DNA of 64,000 nt from positions 1,412 through 65,411 of the forward strand of contig JAGFJP010000040.1 in assembly GCA_024102665.1 (NCBI GenBank), in the 5' to 3' direction. The position numbers and the translations under genes are program-made. The notes below the pieces were generated by a model. That model had not been told where the DNA came from. It made no database searches and saw only the letters and a list, made by a program, of their open reading frames with translations. Of the stretch, positions 8,253-19,502 are shown piece by piece (position 1 is the stretch's first letter; every line of letters begins with the position of its first letter). Origin of the DNA: Thiogranum sp. (lineage in GTDB: Bacteria > Pseudomonadota > Gammaproteobacteria > DSM-19610).

Positions 8253-8942
8253 TTGCCCATGGAATACGGCCAGTTCTGTCCCATTGCCAAAGCCACGGAA
8301 ATTCTTGGTGAAAAATGGACCATCCTGATTGTGCGTGAGCTGATCATGGGGGGCAGGCGCTTCAACGAACTGCACCGCGGGCTGAGCCTGATATCACCGA
8401 CACTGTTGTCGAAACGCCTGGATTCACTCGAGCGATGTGGCCTGGTACTGAAGAAGAAAATTCCCGGTCAGAAAGGCTACGAGTATTTTCCGACGGAATC
8501 CTGCCAGGAGCTGCTGCCGATTATCCGCTCGCTGGGCGAATGGGGCATGCGCTGGGCACGCTCCAATATTTCAGAGGACGATTACGACGTCGAACTGTTG
8601 ATGCTGTATCTGAAACGCAGCATCGTGCCGCAAAAGCTGGTCGGCAACGAGACCGTCATCCGCTTCAGGTTCACGGACATCGACGAGTTTCCGGACTGGT
8701 GGCTGGTCGTCACGGGGGATGAGCTGGATCTGTGCGTGAACGACCCCGGCAAGGAGGTCGACGTCTGGTTCACCTGCAGCGTGAAGACCATGGCGGATAT
8801 CTGGATGGGGGAGAACAGCTACCGAAAGGCCATGAGCGAAGGTGCCTTGACCGTGGTCGGCAACAAGGCGCTGACACGCAACATCACGTCCTGGATGGCC
8901 AACAGTATTTTTGCGGATCTGCCGCCGGCGAATACCATCTAG
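8253..8942 (+). CDS. HxlR-family transcriptional regulator with C-terminal SCP2-like extension
   Basis: N-terminus CPIAKATEILGEKWTILIVRELIMGGRRFNEL ... ISPTLLSKRLDSLE is the HxlR winged-helix signature. Confidence 0.8.
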   Translation: MPMEYGQFCPIAKATEILGEKWTILIVRELIMGGRRFNELHRGLSLISPTLLSKRLDSLERCGLVLKKKIPGQKGYEYFPTESCQELLPIIRSLGEWGMRWARSNISEDDYDVELLMLYLKRSIVPQKLVGNETVIRFRFTDIDEFPDWWLVVTGDELDLCVNDPGKEVDVWFTCSVKTMADIWMGENSYRKAMSEGALTVVGNKALTRNITSWMANSIFADLPPANTI

Positions 8943-8989
8943 CGGTTGAGGCCCGATGGACGTATCAGGCGTTCAGCGATCGCCGGGTG

Positions 8990-9448
8990 TCAATGAGCGA
9001 CGCGGGTATTCTGACCACTGTAGATCACGCGTACCCGATCGCCGACGGCGAATTTTTCATTGGGCGACAGCGCCTGAACGATGGCGATGGTTCGTCCGTC
9101 GCGCATCGTCAGGGTGATTTCCACCCCCTCGGCGCGGGTAACGCCCTCTTCGATTGCAGCACCTACCAGTCCACCGGCCACCGCACCAATGACCGCCACC
9201 ACTTTACCCGTTGTGCTGCCACCGACGCTGCTGCCGGCAATACCCCCGGCTACTGCGCCTGCACCGCTGCCAATCGGTGTTTTGGTGCCTTCGATTTTGA
9301 CCGGCCGCAGTTGCTCGATGACACCGTATTCAACCTGCTGAACGGTTCGCGCCTCGGAACGGCTGTAGCTCTCACCGGACTGAGTCGATGCGCATCCGGA
9401 GAGCCCGATCGGGATAAGTAATAATAACGGAAGCAAACGGTTTTTCAT
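8990..9448 (-). CDS. slyB: outer-membrane lipoprotein with glycine-zipper domain (SlyB-like)
   Basis: Lipobox LSGC after a signal peptide. Gly-zipper GSGAGAVAGGIAGSSVGG ... AVIGAVAGGLVGAAI. Confidence 0.7.
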   Translation of the reverse strand: MKNRLLPLLLLIPIGLSGCASTQSGESYSRSEARTVQQVEYGVIEQLRPVKIEGTKTPIGSGAGAVAGGIAGSSVGGSTTGKVVAVIGAVAGGLVGAAIEEGVTRAEGVEITLTMRDGRTIAIVQALSPNEKFAVGDRVRVIYSGQNTRVAH

Positions 9449-9562
9449 CGGGATTGTCCACTCCGCAGCCCTGGGCCGCATCAAGCTGATACTCTGTTGA
9501 GTCCGGTCTGGAATGATAAGTTCCTCTGATCCGGATGCATAGCGGGATCTGTTACCATCGCG

Positions 9563-10894
9563 TCATGTTTCCTGGTAAATATGCACATCACGCTGCGGGA
9601 AGGGTATGGAAACACCTTCGGCATCGAAGCGGCGTTTCACTTCCCGGGTGATATCCCAGTAGACATCCCAGTAATGTTCCGGTTTGACCCAGGGACGGCA
9701 AACGAAATTGACGGAAGAATCGGCGAGCTCGTGAAGCTTGACGACGGCCGCGGGCTCCTTCAGAACCAGCTCGTGTCCGTTGACGATCTCTTCGAGAATG
9801 CTCTGGGTCTTGTCGATATCGTCGCTGTAACCGACACCAAACACCAGGTCCACGCGGCGCTGGGTGATGCCGGTAACGTTGGTGATGACGTCGCCCCAGA
9901 CCGAGTTGTTGGGAACGATCACAAGCTGGTTGTCCGGCGTTCTCAGCTGTGTCGACAGCAGGTTCATCGACTCGACCTTGCCAGGGGTTCCGGCGACGTT
10001 GACGAAATCACCGGTATCGAACGGTCGGTAAATCAGCATCAGGATACCGCTGGCGAAGTTGCTCAGTGAGTTCTGCAAGGCAAATGCGATGACGAAGCCG
10101 GCGGCGCCGACGACAGCGAGTACCGGTCCGACGTTGATCTCCAGCGCGGACAGTCCCACAAAAAAGCCGATGAACAGCACCAGCCGGCGGGCGCTGAGCA
10201 CGAGAAATTCACTCAGTAACGACGAGAGGTTCTTCGACCGCGAAGTCGCCTTCCGCGCGGCTTTTCCGGCGACAATCGCCAGCAGATAAAACACCATCAG
10301 AATCACGATAAACTGGACGATGTTGACAGCCCATCGAAAACCGCCTTCAGGTGACATCAGCCAGCCGGTTATGGTTGTCCATGTGGCGCTGGCGTCGGTG
10401 ACATCGACCTTGATGCCGGATACTGTTGTGATATACGCGTCGTGTTCGCTGATATCACCGCCTTTCGCTTCCAGCTCATCCAGCACGATCTTGAAGCGGT
10501 CGACAAGCGCGGTTCTTTCGGCCATCAGCTCAGTGGCGTGTTTGACCAGTGCGGTTCTGGCATCGGCCTCGGCCTCGGCCTTTTCGGTCGTCGCTTCAGC
10601 CTGCTCGGCCTTTTCGATTTCCTGCTTCTTGTAGATCGCCGCCACTTCGGCGTTGCTGATTTCCGTGACCTTGTCTTTCAACAGCAGGAGCCATGCCTGT
10701 GCTTCGGTTTCCAGCTCGCATCGCGTCAGAGGTTTGACGCGATGGGCGAGGACCTCAACGGGAATCTTCGGGTCCGCGGCGGTGACTGGCTTGATGTCAG
10801 TCGGGCAGTCGGCCGCAAAACTCCAGCTCGACACCGTGATCAGGGCGATGGCCGACCACAACAGCCGGTTCCAGGTCACAATCAGACTCTTCAT
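9563..10894 (-). CDS. MscS-family mechanosensitive ion channel with periplasmic coiled-coil N-domain
   Basis: ATG 10894 has GGAGAA upstream. TM3/beta-domain motifs (FALQNSLSNFASGILMLIYRPFDTGDFV ... GKVESMNLLSTQLRTPDNQLVIVPNN). Confidence 0.85.
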   Translation of the reverse strand: MKSLIVTWNRLLWSAIALITVSSWSFAADCPTDIKPVTAADPKIPVEVLAHRVKPLTRCELETEAQAWLLLLKDKVTEISNAEVAAIYKKQEIEKAEQAEATTEKAEAEADARTALVKHATELMAERTALVDRFKIVLDELEAKGGDISEHDAYITTVSGIKVDVTDASATWTTITGWLMSPEGGFRWAVNIVQFIVILMVFYLLAIVAGKAARKATSRSKNLSSLLSEFLVLSARRLVLFIGFFVGLSALEINVGPVLAVVGAAGFVIAFALQNSLSNFASGILMLIYRPFDTGDFVNVAGTPGKVESMNLLSTQLRTPDNQLVIVPNNSVWGDVITNVTGITQRRVDLVFGVGYSDDIDKTQSILEEIVNGHELVLKEPAAVVKLHELADSSVNFVCRPWVKPEHYWDVYWDITREVKRRFDAEGVSIPFPQRDVHIYQET

Positions 10895-11083
10895 TGACTT
10901 TGTTCTCCATAGACGATTGATCCGCAAAAGGCGCGTGTCCCGCATCGCGCGTGTTATGCAATACTACAGAAGTGCCGGGTCAAGCCAAAGACAGAAACAG
11001 GCCGCAGCGTGCCCGGTTTTTTCATTTTCGCGGGTGCACCGGCCGGCGAGCCTGGTAAATGTCAGCGTATTACGGGAGCCGAT

Positions 11084-11413
11084 ATGGGATACCTGTACCT
11101 TGCTATCGCAATAATGACGGAAGTCATCGCAACCAGCGCCCTGAAGACAACTGAAGAGTTCACGAGGCTGGGGCCGAGCGTCGTCGTGGTTGTCGGCTAT
11201 TGCGCATCCATCTATTTTCTGGCGCTGGTGCTGGAAACGATTCCGGTCGGAATCGCCTACGCCATCTGGGCCGGAATGGGTATTGCGTTGATCGCCATCG
11301 TGGGCGCCGTGCTCTTCAAGCAGACACCTGATACCCCTGCGATCATCGGCATGGTGCTGATCGTATCAGGGGTGGTTGTTATCAACGTATTTTCCAAAAC
11401 CATCAATCATTGA
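11084..11413 (+). CDS. SMR-family small multidrug efflux transporter (EmrE/QacE-like)
   Basis: 109 aa, four TM helices. N-terminus MGYLYLAIAIMTEVIATSALK carries the conserved membrane Glu. Confidence 0.85.
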   Translation: MGYLYLAIAIMTEVIATSALKTTEEFTRLGPSVVVVVGYCASIYFLALVLETIPVGIAYAIWAGMGIALIAIVGAVLFKQTPDTPAIIGMVLIVSGVVVINVFSKTINH

Positions 11414-11426
11414 GGAAGAAAGCAGC

Positions 11427-12494
11427 ATGAACCTGTTCTCACCCATCGCGCTGGGTGACCTGTCACTGCCCAATCGCATGATCATGGCGCCGCTGACGCG
11501 TAACCGCGCGGCCATGCCCGGCAATGTGCCGCAAGCGATGAACGCCACCTACTACGCACAACGCGCCACTGCCGGATTGATTATCGCCGAAGCGACGCAA
11601 GTGTCACCGGAAGGTGTGGGTTACCCGGCAACGCCCGGCATCCACAGCGACGCGCAGGTGCAGGGCTGGCGCGCCGTGACCGACGCGGTGCACGCCAAAG
11701 GCGGGCATATCTTTCTGCAGCTATGGTACTGCGGTCGTATCTCGCACCCGGATCTGCTGCCCGGCGGGCAGCAACCGGTGTCGGCTTCCGCTATCAGGCC
11801 CGAAGGCGATGCGTTCACCTACGAGGGATTGAAGCCGTTTGTCGAACCCAGGGCGCTGCGCACCGATGAGCTGCCCGGCATCGTGGATCAGTTTCGCCAG
11901 GCCGCGATACGCGCCAGGGACGCGGGCTTCGACGGTGTCGAGATCCACGCCGCCAACGGCTATTTGCTGGACCAGTTTCTGCGTGACGGCACCAACCGGC
12001 GTGATGACAGCTATGGCGGTTCACCGGAAAACCGCTGCCGCCTGTTGATCGAGGTCGTCTCCGCGGTGCTGGAGACCTGGCAGCCCGCGCGGGTGGGTGT
12101 ACGCATTTCCCCGGAAAGCGCCTTCAATGACATGCACGATGCTGATCCGCAGACCACGTTCACCCACGTCGCCAGGGCGCTCAGCGGCAGGGGTCTCGGC
12201 TACCTGCACGTCGTGGAAGGGGAATTGGCAACGGGCGAGCGCAGCCTGGACTATCGGCGGATCCGCGATCAGTTCGACGGTTTTTACATGGCCAACGGCG
12301 GCTATGACAAGGCGCGTGCCGAGGCCGCCATCGCCGGCGGCGATGCCGACATGGTGTCATTCGGTCAGTTGTTTCTCGCCAATCCGGACCTCGTGGAGCG
12401 CTTCAGGACAGGCGCTGAACTGAATGCGCCGGACCCGGACACCTTCTACGGTGGCGATGAAAAGGGCTATATTGATTATCCGGCGCTGAGCTGA
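11427..12494 (+). CDS. Old Yellow Enzyme-family NADH:flavin oxidoreductase (N-ethylmaleimide reductase-like)
   Basis: LPNRMIMAPLTRNRA, GLIIAEATQVS, FDGVEIHAANGYLLDQFL. Confidence 0.85.
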   Translation: MNLFSPIALGDLSLPNRMIMAPLTRNRAAMPGNVPQAMNATYYAQRATAGLIIAEATQVSPEGVGYPATPGIHSDAQVQGWRAVTDAVHAKGGHIFLQLWYCGRISHPDLLPGGQQPVSASAIRPEGDAFTYEGLKPFVEPRALRTDELPGIVDQFRQAAIRARDAGFDGVEIHAANGYLLDQFLRDGTNRRDDSYGGSPENRCRLLIEVVSAVLETWQPARVGVRISPESAFNDMHDADPQTTFTHVARALSGRGLGYLHVVEGELATGERSLDYRRIRDQFDGFYMANGGYDKARAEAAIAGGDADMVSFGQLFLANPDLVERFRTGAELNAPDPDTFYGGDEKGYIDYPALS

Positions 12495-12507
12495 AAAGGA
12501 GGCCGCC

Positions 12508-12801
12508 ATGTCAAAAAGGGACGCGTACATCGCCGCTATGAAGGCAAGGCTGGATGAGTGGTCTGCCGAGTTGCACAGGCTGGAAGCGAAGGCGGAGAAG
12601 GCAGAGGCGAATGTCGCGGACAGATACCGGCGCGCCATCGCCGAGCTGCGGGAAAAGCGCGATGACGCCGAAGCGAAGCTCGATGAAATCAGACACGCCG
12701 GCGAAGATGCCTGGGAAGATCTCAAGGACGAAGCTGAAAAGACCTGGACGGCAGTCAAGGCCGCTCTGGATGTGTTCCGTGATTTTTCCGACCGTTCCTA
12801 G
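12508..12801 (+). CDS. small coiled-coil hypothetical protein
   Basis: 97 aa, highly charged E/K/A/R heptad-like sequence. Starts 13 nt after the previous stop. Confidence 0.5.
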   Translation: MSKRDAYIAAMKARLDEWSAELHRLEAKAEKAEANVADRYRRAIAELREKRDDAEAKLDEIRHAGEDAWEDLKDEAEKTWTAVKAALDVFRDFSDRS

Positions 12802-12845
12802 TCAAAAAGGGGTCAAGTCAAAAAGGGGTCAGACCCCTTTTTACT
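12802..12845. repeat. tandem GTCAAAAAGGGGTCA x2 ending in the palindrome AAAAGGGGTCAGACCCCTTTTT
   Basis: Read directly: gtcaaaaaggggtcaagtcaaaaaggggtcagaccccttttta. Member of the short palindrome family. Confidence 0.8.
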
Positions 12846-12865
12846 GCAATGACAGGAGTGACAAC

Positions 12866-13867
12866 ATGGTTATCAGACAACTTTACTGCGCCTGTGTCGG
12901 GCTGCTGCTCGCTGGTGGCGTGGCAGTCGCCGCTGACGAGCCGCCGGCAACCGACCCGCCACTGACCGGCGAAGCGCTGTATAACAGCGACAAGGCGCCG
13001 GACTCGATGCTCTACGATCTGCCGCGGGAAGTGGCGCCGGGAGTCTGGTCGGCGATCGGCGCCACCGCGCCGCGCACCTATGCCAATTCCGGGCACAACA
13101 ATAACCTCTCGTTCGTGATTACCGATGCGGGCGTGCTGGTGGTCAATGCCGGTGACAATTACCTGCTGGCAAAGGCCCTGCACGAGGAGATCAGAAAGAT
13201 CACCGACCAGCCGGTGAAATACGTGGTGCTGGAGAATGGCCAGGGCCACGCCATGCTGGGTTCGGGTTACTGGCAGGAGCAGGGCGTGCCGGTGATTTCG
13301 CACGCCGACGCGGCGCGCGAAATCAAGGAAAGATCCTTTGCCCTGCTGGAGGTGATGCAGCAAAGCCTGAAGGAAAAGGCCGAGGGCACAGAGGTGGTGA
13401 TGCCGGATGAAACCTTCAGCGACAAGAAAGTCATTGAACTGGGGGATGAGCGCATCGAACTGTTGTACCTCGGACCGGCGCATAGCCCGGGCGACATTGT
13501 CGTGTGGTTGCCGAAAAGAAAGCTGGTGATCTCCGGCGACATGGCTTTTCACCAGCGCATGTTGCCGTTGTTCGAAGATACCGATCCGAAAGCCTGGATC
13601 GAGACCTGGGATGCATTCGAGGCGCTCGGCGCCGAGGTGGTCATACCCGGGCATGGCGAGCCTACGGACATGGCGACGGTGAGAAAGTACACCCGGGATT
13701 ACCTCGTGTACCTGCGCGAGAAAATCGGCGCGGTGATCGAAAACGGTGGCACATTGCAGGATGCCTACCGCATCGACCAGTCGCCCTACATGCACCTGCC
13801 GACGGCCGAGTTTCTCGCCAAACGCAATGCCGGTTACGTGTTCCAGAGCATGGAATTCGAGTTCTAG
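12866..13867 (+). CDS. secreted MBL-fold protein with non-canonical metal-binding motif
   Basis: ATG 12866 has AGGAG upstream. Signal peptide ending VAVAADE. MBL-like segments ([36 protein letters not shown]). The position expected for HxHxDH reads [10 protein letters not shown]. Confidence 0.6.
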   Translation: MVIRQLYCACVGLLLAGGVAVAADEPPATDPPLTGEALYNSDKAPDSMLYDLPREVAPGVWSAIGATAPRTYANSGHNNNLSFVITDAGVLVVNAGDNYLLAKALHEEIRKITDQPVKYVVLENGQGHAMLGSGYWQEQGVPVISHADAAREIKERSFALLEVMQQSLKEKAEGTEVVMPDETFSDKKVIELGDERIELLYLGPAHSPGDIVVWLPKRKLVISGDMAFHQRMLPLFEDTDPKAWIETWDAFEALGAEVVIPGHGEPTDMATVRKYTRDYLVYLREKIGAVIENGGTLQDAYRIDQSPYMHLPTAEFLAKRNAGYVFQSMEFEF

Positions 13868-13871
13868 CCGC

Positions 13872-14897
13872 ATGCAGGCTCTTTCCAAGAACCGCGCCGA
13901 ACCAGGCATCTGGCTGGTGTCGGCGCCGGTTCCCGAGCCGGCGACCAACGAAGTGCTGATCAAAGTCCACATGACCGGCATCTGCGGCACCGATCTGCAC
14001 ATCTACAACTGGGACGGCTGGGCGCAGCGCAATATCCATGTGCCGCGCATTATCGGACATGAATTCGTCGGCGAGATTACCGCTGTCGGCCCCGGCGTCA
14101 GCGGTTTCGATATCGGTGATCGCGTCACTGCCGAAGGCCACGTCACCTGCGGGCTGTGTCGCAACTGCCGCGCCGGCAAGCGCCACCTGTGCCACCTCGC
14201 CGTGGGGATCGGCGGTGGCCGTGACGGCGCGTTCGCGGAATACCTGGTGGTGCCCGCGGCCAACCTGTGGAAGGTGCACCCGGACATCCCCTCGCGAATC
14301 GCCGCCATCATGGACCCGCTGGGAAACGCCGTGCACACCGCGCTGTCGTTCGATCTGGTCGGCGAGGACCTGCTGATCACCGGCGCCGGGCCGATCGGCA
14401 TCATGGCCGCGGCGGTCAGTCGCTTTGTCGGCGCCCGGCACGTGGTCATTACCGACGTCAATGACTATCGCCTGGAGCTGGCGCGCAGGACCACCACCTG
14501 TCATGCCGTGAATGCCAGCCGTACATCGCTCGACGAGGTTGTGCGCGAACTCAATATGTCCAACGGTTTCGATGTGGGGCTCGAGATGTCCGGCAACCCG
14601 CAGGCGTTCAGCGACATGATCAGTCACATGTACCACGGCGGGCATATCGGTCTGCTGGGGTTTCTGCCGCCGACTACCGCGATCAACTGGGATGACATCA
14701 TCTTCAAGGGTCTGCACCTCAAGGGTATCTACGGACGCGAGCTGTTCGAGACCTGGTACAAGATGACGCAGCTGCTGCGCAGCGGCCTGGACATGGCGCC
14801 GGTGATCACGCATGAGTTCCCGGTCGCTGAATACCACCAGGCTTTCGAAGTGGTGCATTCCGGCGAGTGCGGCAAGGTGCTGCTGGACTGGCAGTAG
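13872..14897 (+). CDS. tdh: L-threonine 3-dehydrogenase
   Basis: Zn-dependent alcohol dehydrogenase fold: [33 protein letters not shown]. Adjacent to kbl. Confidence 0.9.
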   Translation: MQALSKNRAEPGIWLVSAPVPEPATNEVLIKVHMTGICGTDLHIYNWDGWAQRNIHVPRIIGHEFVGEITAVGPGVSGFDIGDRVTAEGHVTCGLCRNCRAGKRHLCHLAVGIGGGRDGAFAEYLVVPAANLWKVHPDIPSRIAAIMDPLGNAVHTALSFDLVGEDLLITGAGPIGIMAAAVSRFVGARHVVITDVNDYRLELARRTTTCHAVNASRTSLDEVVRELNMSNGFDVGLEMSGNPQAFSDMISHMYHGGHIGLLGFLPPTTAINWDDIIFKGLHLKGIYGRELFETWYKMTQLLRSGLDMAPVITHEFPVAEYHQAFEVVHSGECGKVLLDWQ

Positions 14898-14940
14898 CCA
14901 CCGGCGCTCGCAATGACGGCGCAATCACGGGGAGCCTTCA

Positions 14941-16128
<1,188 letters not shown>

Positions 16129-16132
16129 AAGC

Positions 16133-16160
16133 GTAAAAACGGGACAGACCCCTTTTTACG
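16133..16160. terminator. palindrome GTAAAAACGGGACAGACCCCTTTTTAC between convergent genes (possible bidirectional terminator)
   Basis: Lies between the kbl stop (16128) and the stop of the convergent gene (16161). A/T runs on both flanks. Confidence 0.5.
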
Positions 16161-17111
16161 CTACGCCGCGTTGCCGAACCAGAAGGCCCGATCCTTCTGC
16201 AGCAGTTCGTCGTAACGCATGTGATGCGTGCCGTCGCAGGAGAACGTCAGGCTGACCATGCCGTTGAACATGTTGATGGAGGCCATGCGCAGATAAATGG
16301 TTTCATCGGCCATGCGCAGTGCCTGCATGGTATCCAGCACCCGCGCAACTGCCGGACGCGGCAGCAGCGCATTGTCTGGATAGGCGCGGCGCGGATAGAC
16401 CAGGCAGATATCCGGATCGCTCAACGCCTCGTGATCCAGTATCCGGTAGCGGAACGGGTCATCCACCGTCCAGATGGTCGCCTGGCCGCTGGAGAAGCGG
16501 ATCTGGACCTGGAATATGCCGCGTTCCGTCAGCAGTTCCTCCAGAATCGACAAGGCCTGGTCGAGCTTGCGGTCCATCGGGCTCTCGACGCGGGTCTGCT
16601 GGAACAGCGTGCTTCGGATCGCGGGATCGCCCTTGATCTGTCGCCAGTTTCCAGGCTCCTCGTACAGTTCAGACGTCACCGGCAAATCGCGCAGGTCGAA
16701 ATCGGCGCCAATATAGCCAAGCATTTCGCGCCCGGAACGCACAACCTGCAGCGCGGTCAGTCCGGGCCGGTGTGTCAGCAGGCTGATGTAGGCATCGGAC
16801 AACAGGAAGCCCCAGGCGGGAACCTGTTCTTTCATGTAAGGGCGTTGCGAGCGGTCCCGCGCATAGTGGCCGGGGACGATCCCGCTGTCGCCGACATTGT
16901 CGCTGATCTGTATGCCATCGGCGCCGAGCGCATAAAGACAGCTGCAGTAGGGTACCGAGGCGAGCCCGCTCAGCAGCATGCTGTTGAGTTGCTCTCTGTC
17001 GCTCATAACGGGATTGCACTGATCGCCCAGTCGCGCCAGTGGCGCGCGAAGCTTGTGCGCCAGTTGTTCGCGTTGCCGGTAGATACTGTCTTTCCATGAG
17101 TGCTGCATCAT
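16161..17111 (-). CDS. cytoplasmic Cache/PDC-like domain protein of unknown function
   Basis: ATGATG at 17111 has GGGAGAA upstream. No signal peptide or TM helix. Segment LYALGADGIQISDNVG ... RDRSQRPYMKE ... GFLLSDAYISLLTHRPGLTALQVV resembles Cache-type sensor domains. The C-terminal ~170 aa is unassigned. Confidence 0.5.
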   Translation of the reverse strand: MMQHSWKDSIYRQREQLAHKLRAPLARLGDQCNPVMSDREQLNSMLLSGLASVPYCSCLYALGADGIQISDNVGDSGIVPGHYARDRSQRPYMKEQVPAWGFLLSDAYISLLTHRPGLTALQVVRSGREMLGYIGADFDLRDLPVTSELYEEPGNWRQIKGDPAIRSTLFQQTRVESPMDRKLDQALSILEELLTERGIFQVQIRFSSGQATIWTVDDPFRYRILDHEALSDPDICLVYPRRAYPDNALLPRPAVARVLDTMQALRMADETIYLRMASINMFNGMVSLTFSCDGTHHMRYDELLQKDRAFWFGNAA

Positions 17112-17431
17112 CTGTTTCTCCCTGGATTCTTCTTCGGCCTCGGCGATGATCGCCGATGTGCGGCGCCGGGCGGTCAGCACGCAGAGAGCAGCAATGTGTA
17201 TGCCAACCTGCGCGTTGCCGGCGTATCTCCTGTAAATGCATGGCGGAATCGATTCTCCACGCGCATTGTTACCGAATGAATCTCTGATTTCTGTTACCGG
17301 GTGACGACAGAAAAGCATAAGTGGATCAAGGCCGTCGGCCGCATCGCGCAATGTGGGGCCGAATCGGGGGCCGGATTCCGGGTTGCCGCGCGGGACATGT
17401 AGTATAATTAGCCGCACCCGTTACCAGAGTC

Positions 17432-18859
17432 ATGACAGCGATGCGCAATCGGCGTATGCCAACATTGAATGCCAGACTTGCCGCACTCATGGTGTTGTTT
17501 GCAGCGCCGGTAAAAGGTGCTGACGAACTGGTGCTGGAACGGCCCGCGGCATTGCAGCCGGCGATCACGTTCTGGACCCGGGTCTACAGCGAAGTGGACT
17601 CGCTCGCCGGTTATGTGCATGACAACCGCAATCTCGAAGTTGTCTACGAAACCCTGAAATTCAACTGGTACGACAGCGCGCAGGTGCAGGAGCGCCAGAT
17701 AGCGCAGGCGGTGCAGCGTCATCGCGAAGCGCTGCAGGCACTTTCCGGTGGCAAGCGCAAGGACCTGACCGCTCACGAGCAAAAAGTGCTGGCGCTGTGG
17801 GGCGACAAGGCCAGCGCCGCGAACCTGAAAGCCGCTGCCGACCGCCTGCGGTTTCAGCGCGGGCAGGCGGATCGTATTCGTGAAGGCGTAATACGCTCGG
17901 GTGCCTGGGAAAAGCGCATTCGCAAGGCGCTGCAGGATGCCGGTCTGCCGCAGGAGCTGGCGGCGTTGCCCTATGTCGAATCCTCCTATGATCCGAATGT
18001 GCAGTCCCACGCGGGGGCGGTGGGTCTTTGGCAGTTCACGCACTTCACCGGCAGCCACTATCTGCGTGTCGACAACGTCGTGGACGAGCGCGTCGACCCG
18101 GTGAAATCGACCGATGGCGCAGTGCGCCTGTTGCAGCGATATTACTCCAGGCTGCGCAGCTGGCCTTTGACCATCACGGCCTACAACCATGGACTGTCCG
18201 GCGTGCGTCGCGCGGTGCAGGAGACGGGCAGCCGGGATATCGGCGATATCGTGCGGCGTTACAAGGGGCCGCGTTTCGGCTTCGCGTCGCGCAACTACTA
18301 CGCGGCGTTTCTCGCCGTCAGCGACGTCACGCGCAACGCGGAAAAATACTTCGGGCCGCTCGACCGGCAGCAGGGCGAGGATTACTGGATCGTGAAATCG
18401 CCGCGTTATCTGCCGGTCAATGATCTGCTGCAACAGCTGGCACTGGATGCGGATGCCGTCAAGGCGCTGAATCCGGCCCTCCAGCCCGCGGTGTGGAGCG
18501 GCAGCAAGTACGTCCCCAAAGGCTATCCCCTGCGCTTGCCGGCGACCACCGGCAGCCGGACCATCACCGCGCTGCTCACGCGGGTTCCGGGATACGCGAA
18601 GCAGATGCCGGATGTGATCTACAGGGTGAAGGAGGGCGACACATTGTCCGGCATCGCGCTGCGCCACAACCACAGTGTGCGCGAGCTGATGGCGTTGAAT
18701 GACCTGCGCAGCGAGAACCGCATTCTCGCCGGTCAGTCGCTGCGGCTGCTGGGCAGCGCGGTGTCAGCGAAGGCAGCGGAATCATCCGGCGACAACGAGG
18801 GTCTGACATTGCAGCCCGCGTCCGATGTGTCATACGGATCCATTGCCTCGGTTCCCTGA
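17432..18859 (+). CDS. lytic transglycosylase with C-terminal LysM domain (MltD-like)
   Basis: Signal peptide. SLT catalytic motif LPYVESSYDPNVQSHAGAVGLWQF ... AYNHG. LysM segment YRVKEGDTLSGIALRHNHSVRELMALNDL. Confidence 0.8.
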   Translation: MTAMRNRRMPTLNARLAALMVLFAAPVKGADELVLERPAALQPAITFWTRVYSEVDSLAGYVHDNRNLEVVYETLKFNWYDSAQVQERQIAQAVQRHREALQALSGGKRKDLTAHEQKVLALWGDKASAANLKAAADRLRFQRGQADRIREGVIRSGAWEKRIRKALQDAGLPQELAALPYVESSYDPNVQSHAGAVGLWQFTHFTGSHYLRVDNVVDERVDPVKSTDGAVRLLQRYYSRLRSWPLTITAYNHGLSGVRRAVQETGSRDIGDIVRRYKGPRFGFASRNYYAAFLAVSDVTRNAEKYFGPLDRQQGEDYWIVKSPRYLPVNDLLQQLALDADAVKALNPALQPAVWSGSKYVPKGYPLRLPATTGSRTITALLTRVPGYAKQMPDVIYRVKEGDTLSGIALRHNHSVRELMALNDLRSENRILAGQSLRLLGSAVSAKAAESSGDNEGLTLQPASDVSYGSIASVP

Positions 18860-18900
18860 AAAGGGTACTGACCCCTCTTAATACGTCATTGCGAGGCGCG
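18859..18900. repeat. AAAAGGGTACTGACCCCT motif plus partial REP (CGTCATTGCGAGG)
   Basis: 18 nt are identical to the copy at 21174-21191. Confidence 0.7.
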
Positions 18901-18902
18901 TA

Positions 18903-19490
18903 TCAGGTTTTTTGCCACTGATAAACCCGCATCGGCGGAATGTTCAGGAGTTCCACCATCATCCGTCCCGGTCCCAGGATCGGCCTGCAAAGGGATGCCA
19001 CGCGCTTGCTCAGCTGGTACGCCACGAAGCGACCGTTGGGCGCGAGCAGCGACGCGATCGCCTCGATGATTTGCACGCCTTCGCTATCGTCGAGCGCGGT
19101 AAAGGGAATGCCGGAAATGACGACCTCCGGCGCTTGCATGCCGTATGAAGCGGCAATCTCCTTCAGCTCGAGCGCGTTGCCGAGGTGCGAAGTCAGACGC
19201 TCATCGTTGATCCGGCTCAACCAGGCGTGGAACTGTGGATTTCTTTCAATGCTCAGCAGATGGGCGTTCTCCGGCATGGCGCGCAGTATCGCGCGCGTGG
19301 TGCCGCCGGTGCCCGGGCCCAGTTCAACGATGCCCGTGGCGGAAGCGATAGCAGCGCTTTTCAGAATACGCTGCTCGAGGAAACATGAACTGGGTATGAG
19401 CGACGCGATCTGCACCGGGTTTTTCAGAAATTCCTGAAAAAATAGGAGTCTGTCGCGCGTTCGGGAATTCAGTGCCTGGTGGTTCACCAT
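18903..19490 (-). CDS. class I SAM-dependent methyltransferase
   Basis: Motif I VELGPGTGGTT. AGGAAG lies upstream of the ATG. Confidence 0.75.
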   Translation of the reverse strand: MVNHQALNSRTRDRLLFFQEFLKNPVQIASLIPSSCFLEQRILKSAAIASATGIVELGPGTGGTTRAILRAMPENAHLLSIERNPQFHAWLSRINDERLTSHLGNALELKEIAASYGMQAPEVVISGIPFTALDDSEGVQIIEAIASLLAPNGRFVAYQLSKRVASLCRPILGPGRMMVELLNIPPMRVYQWQKT

Positions 19491-19502
19491 CTGCTTCCTG
19501 GT

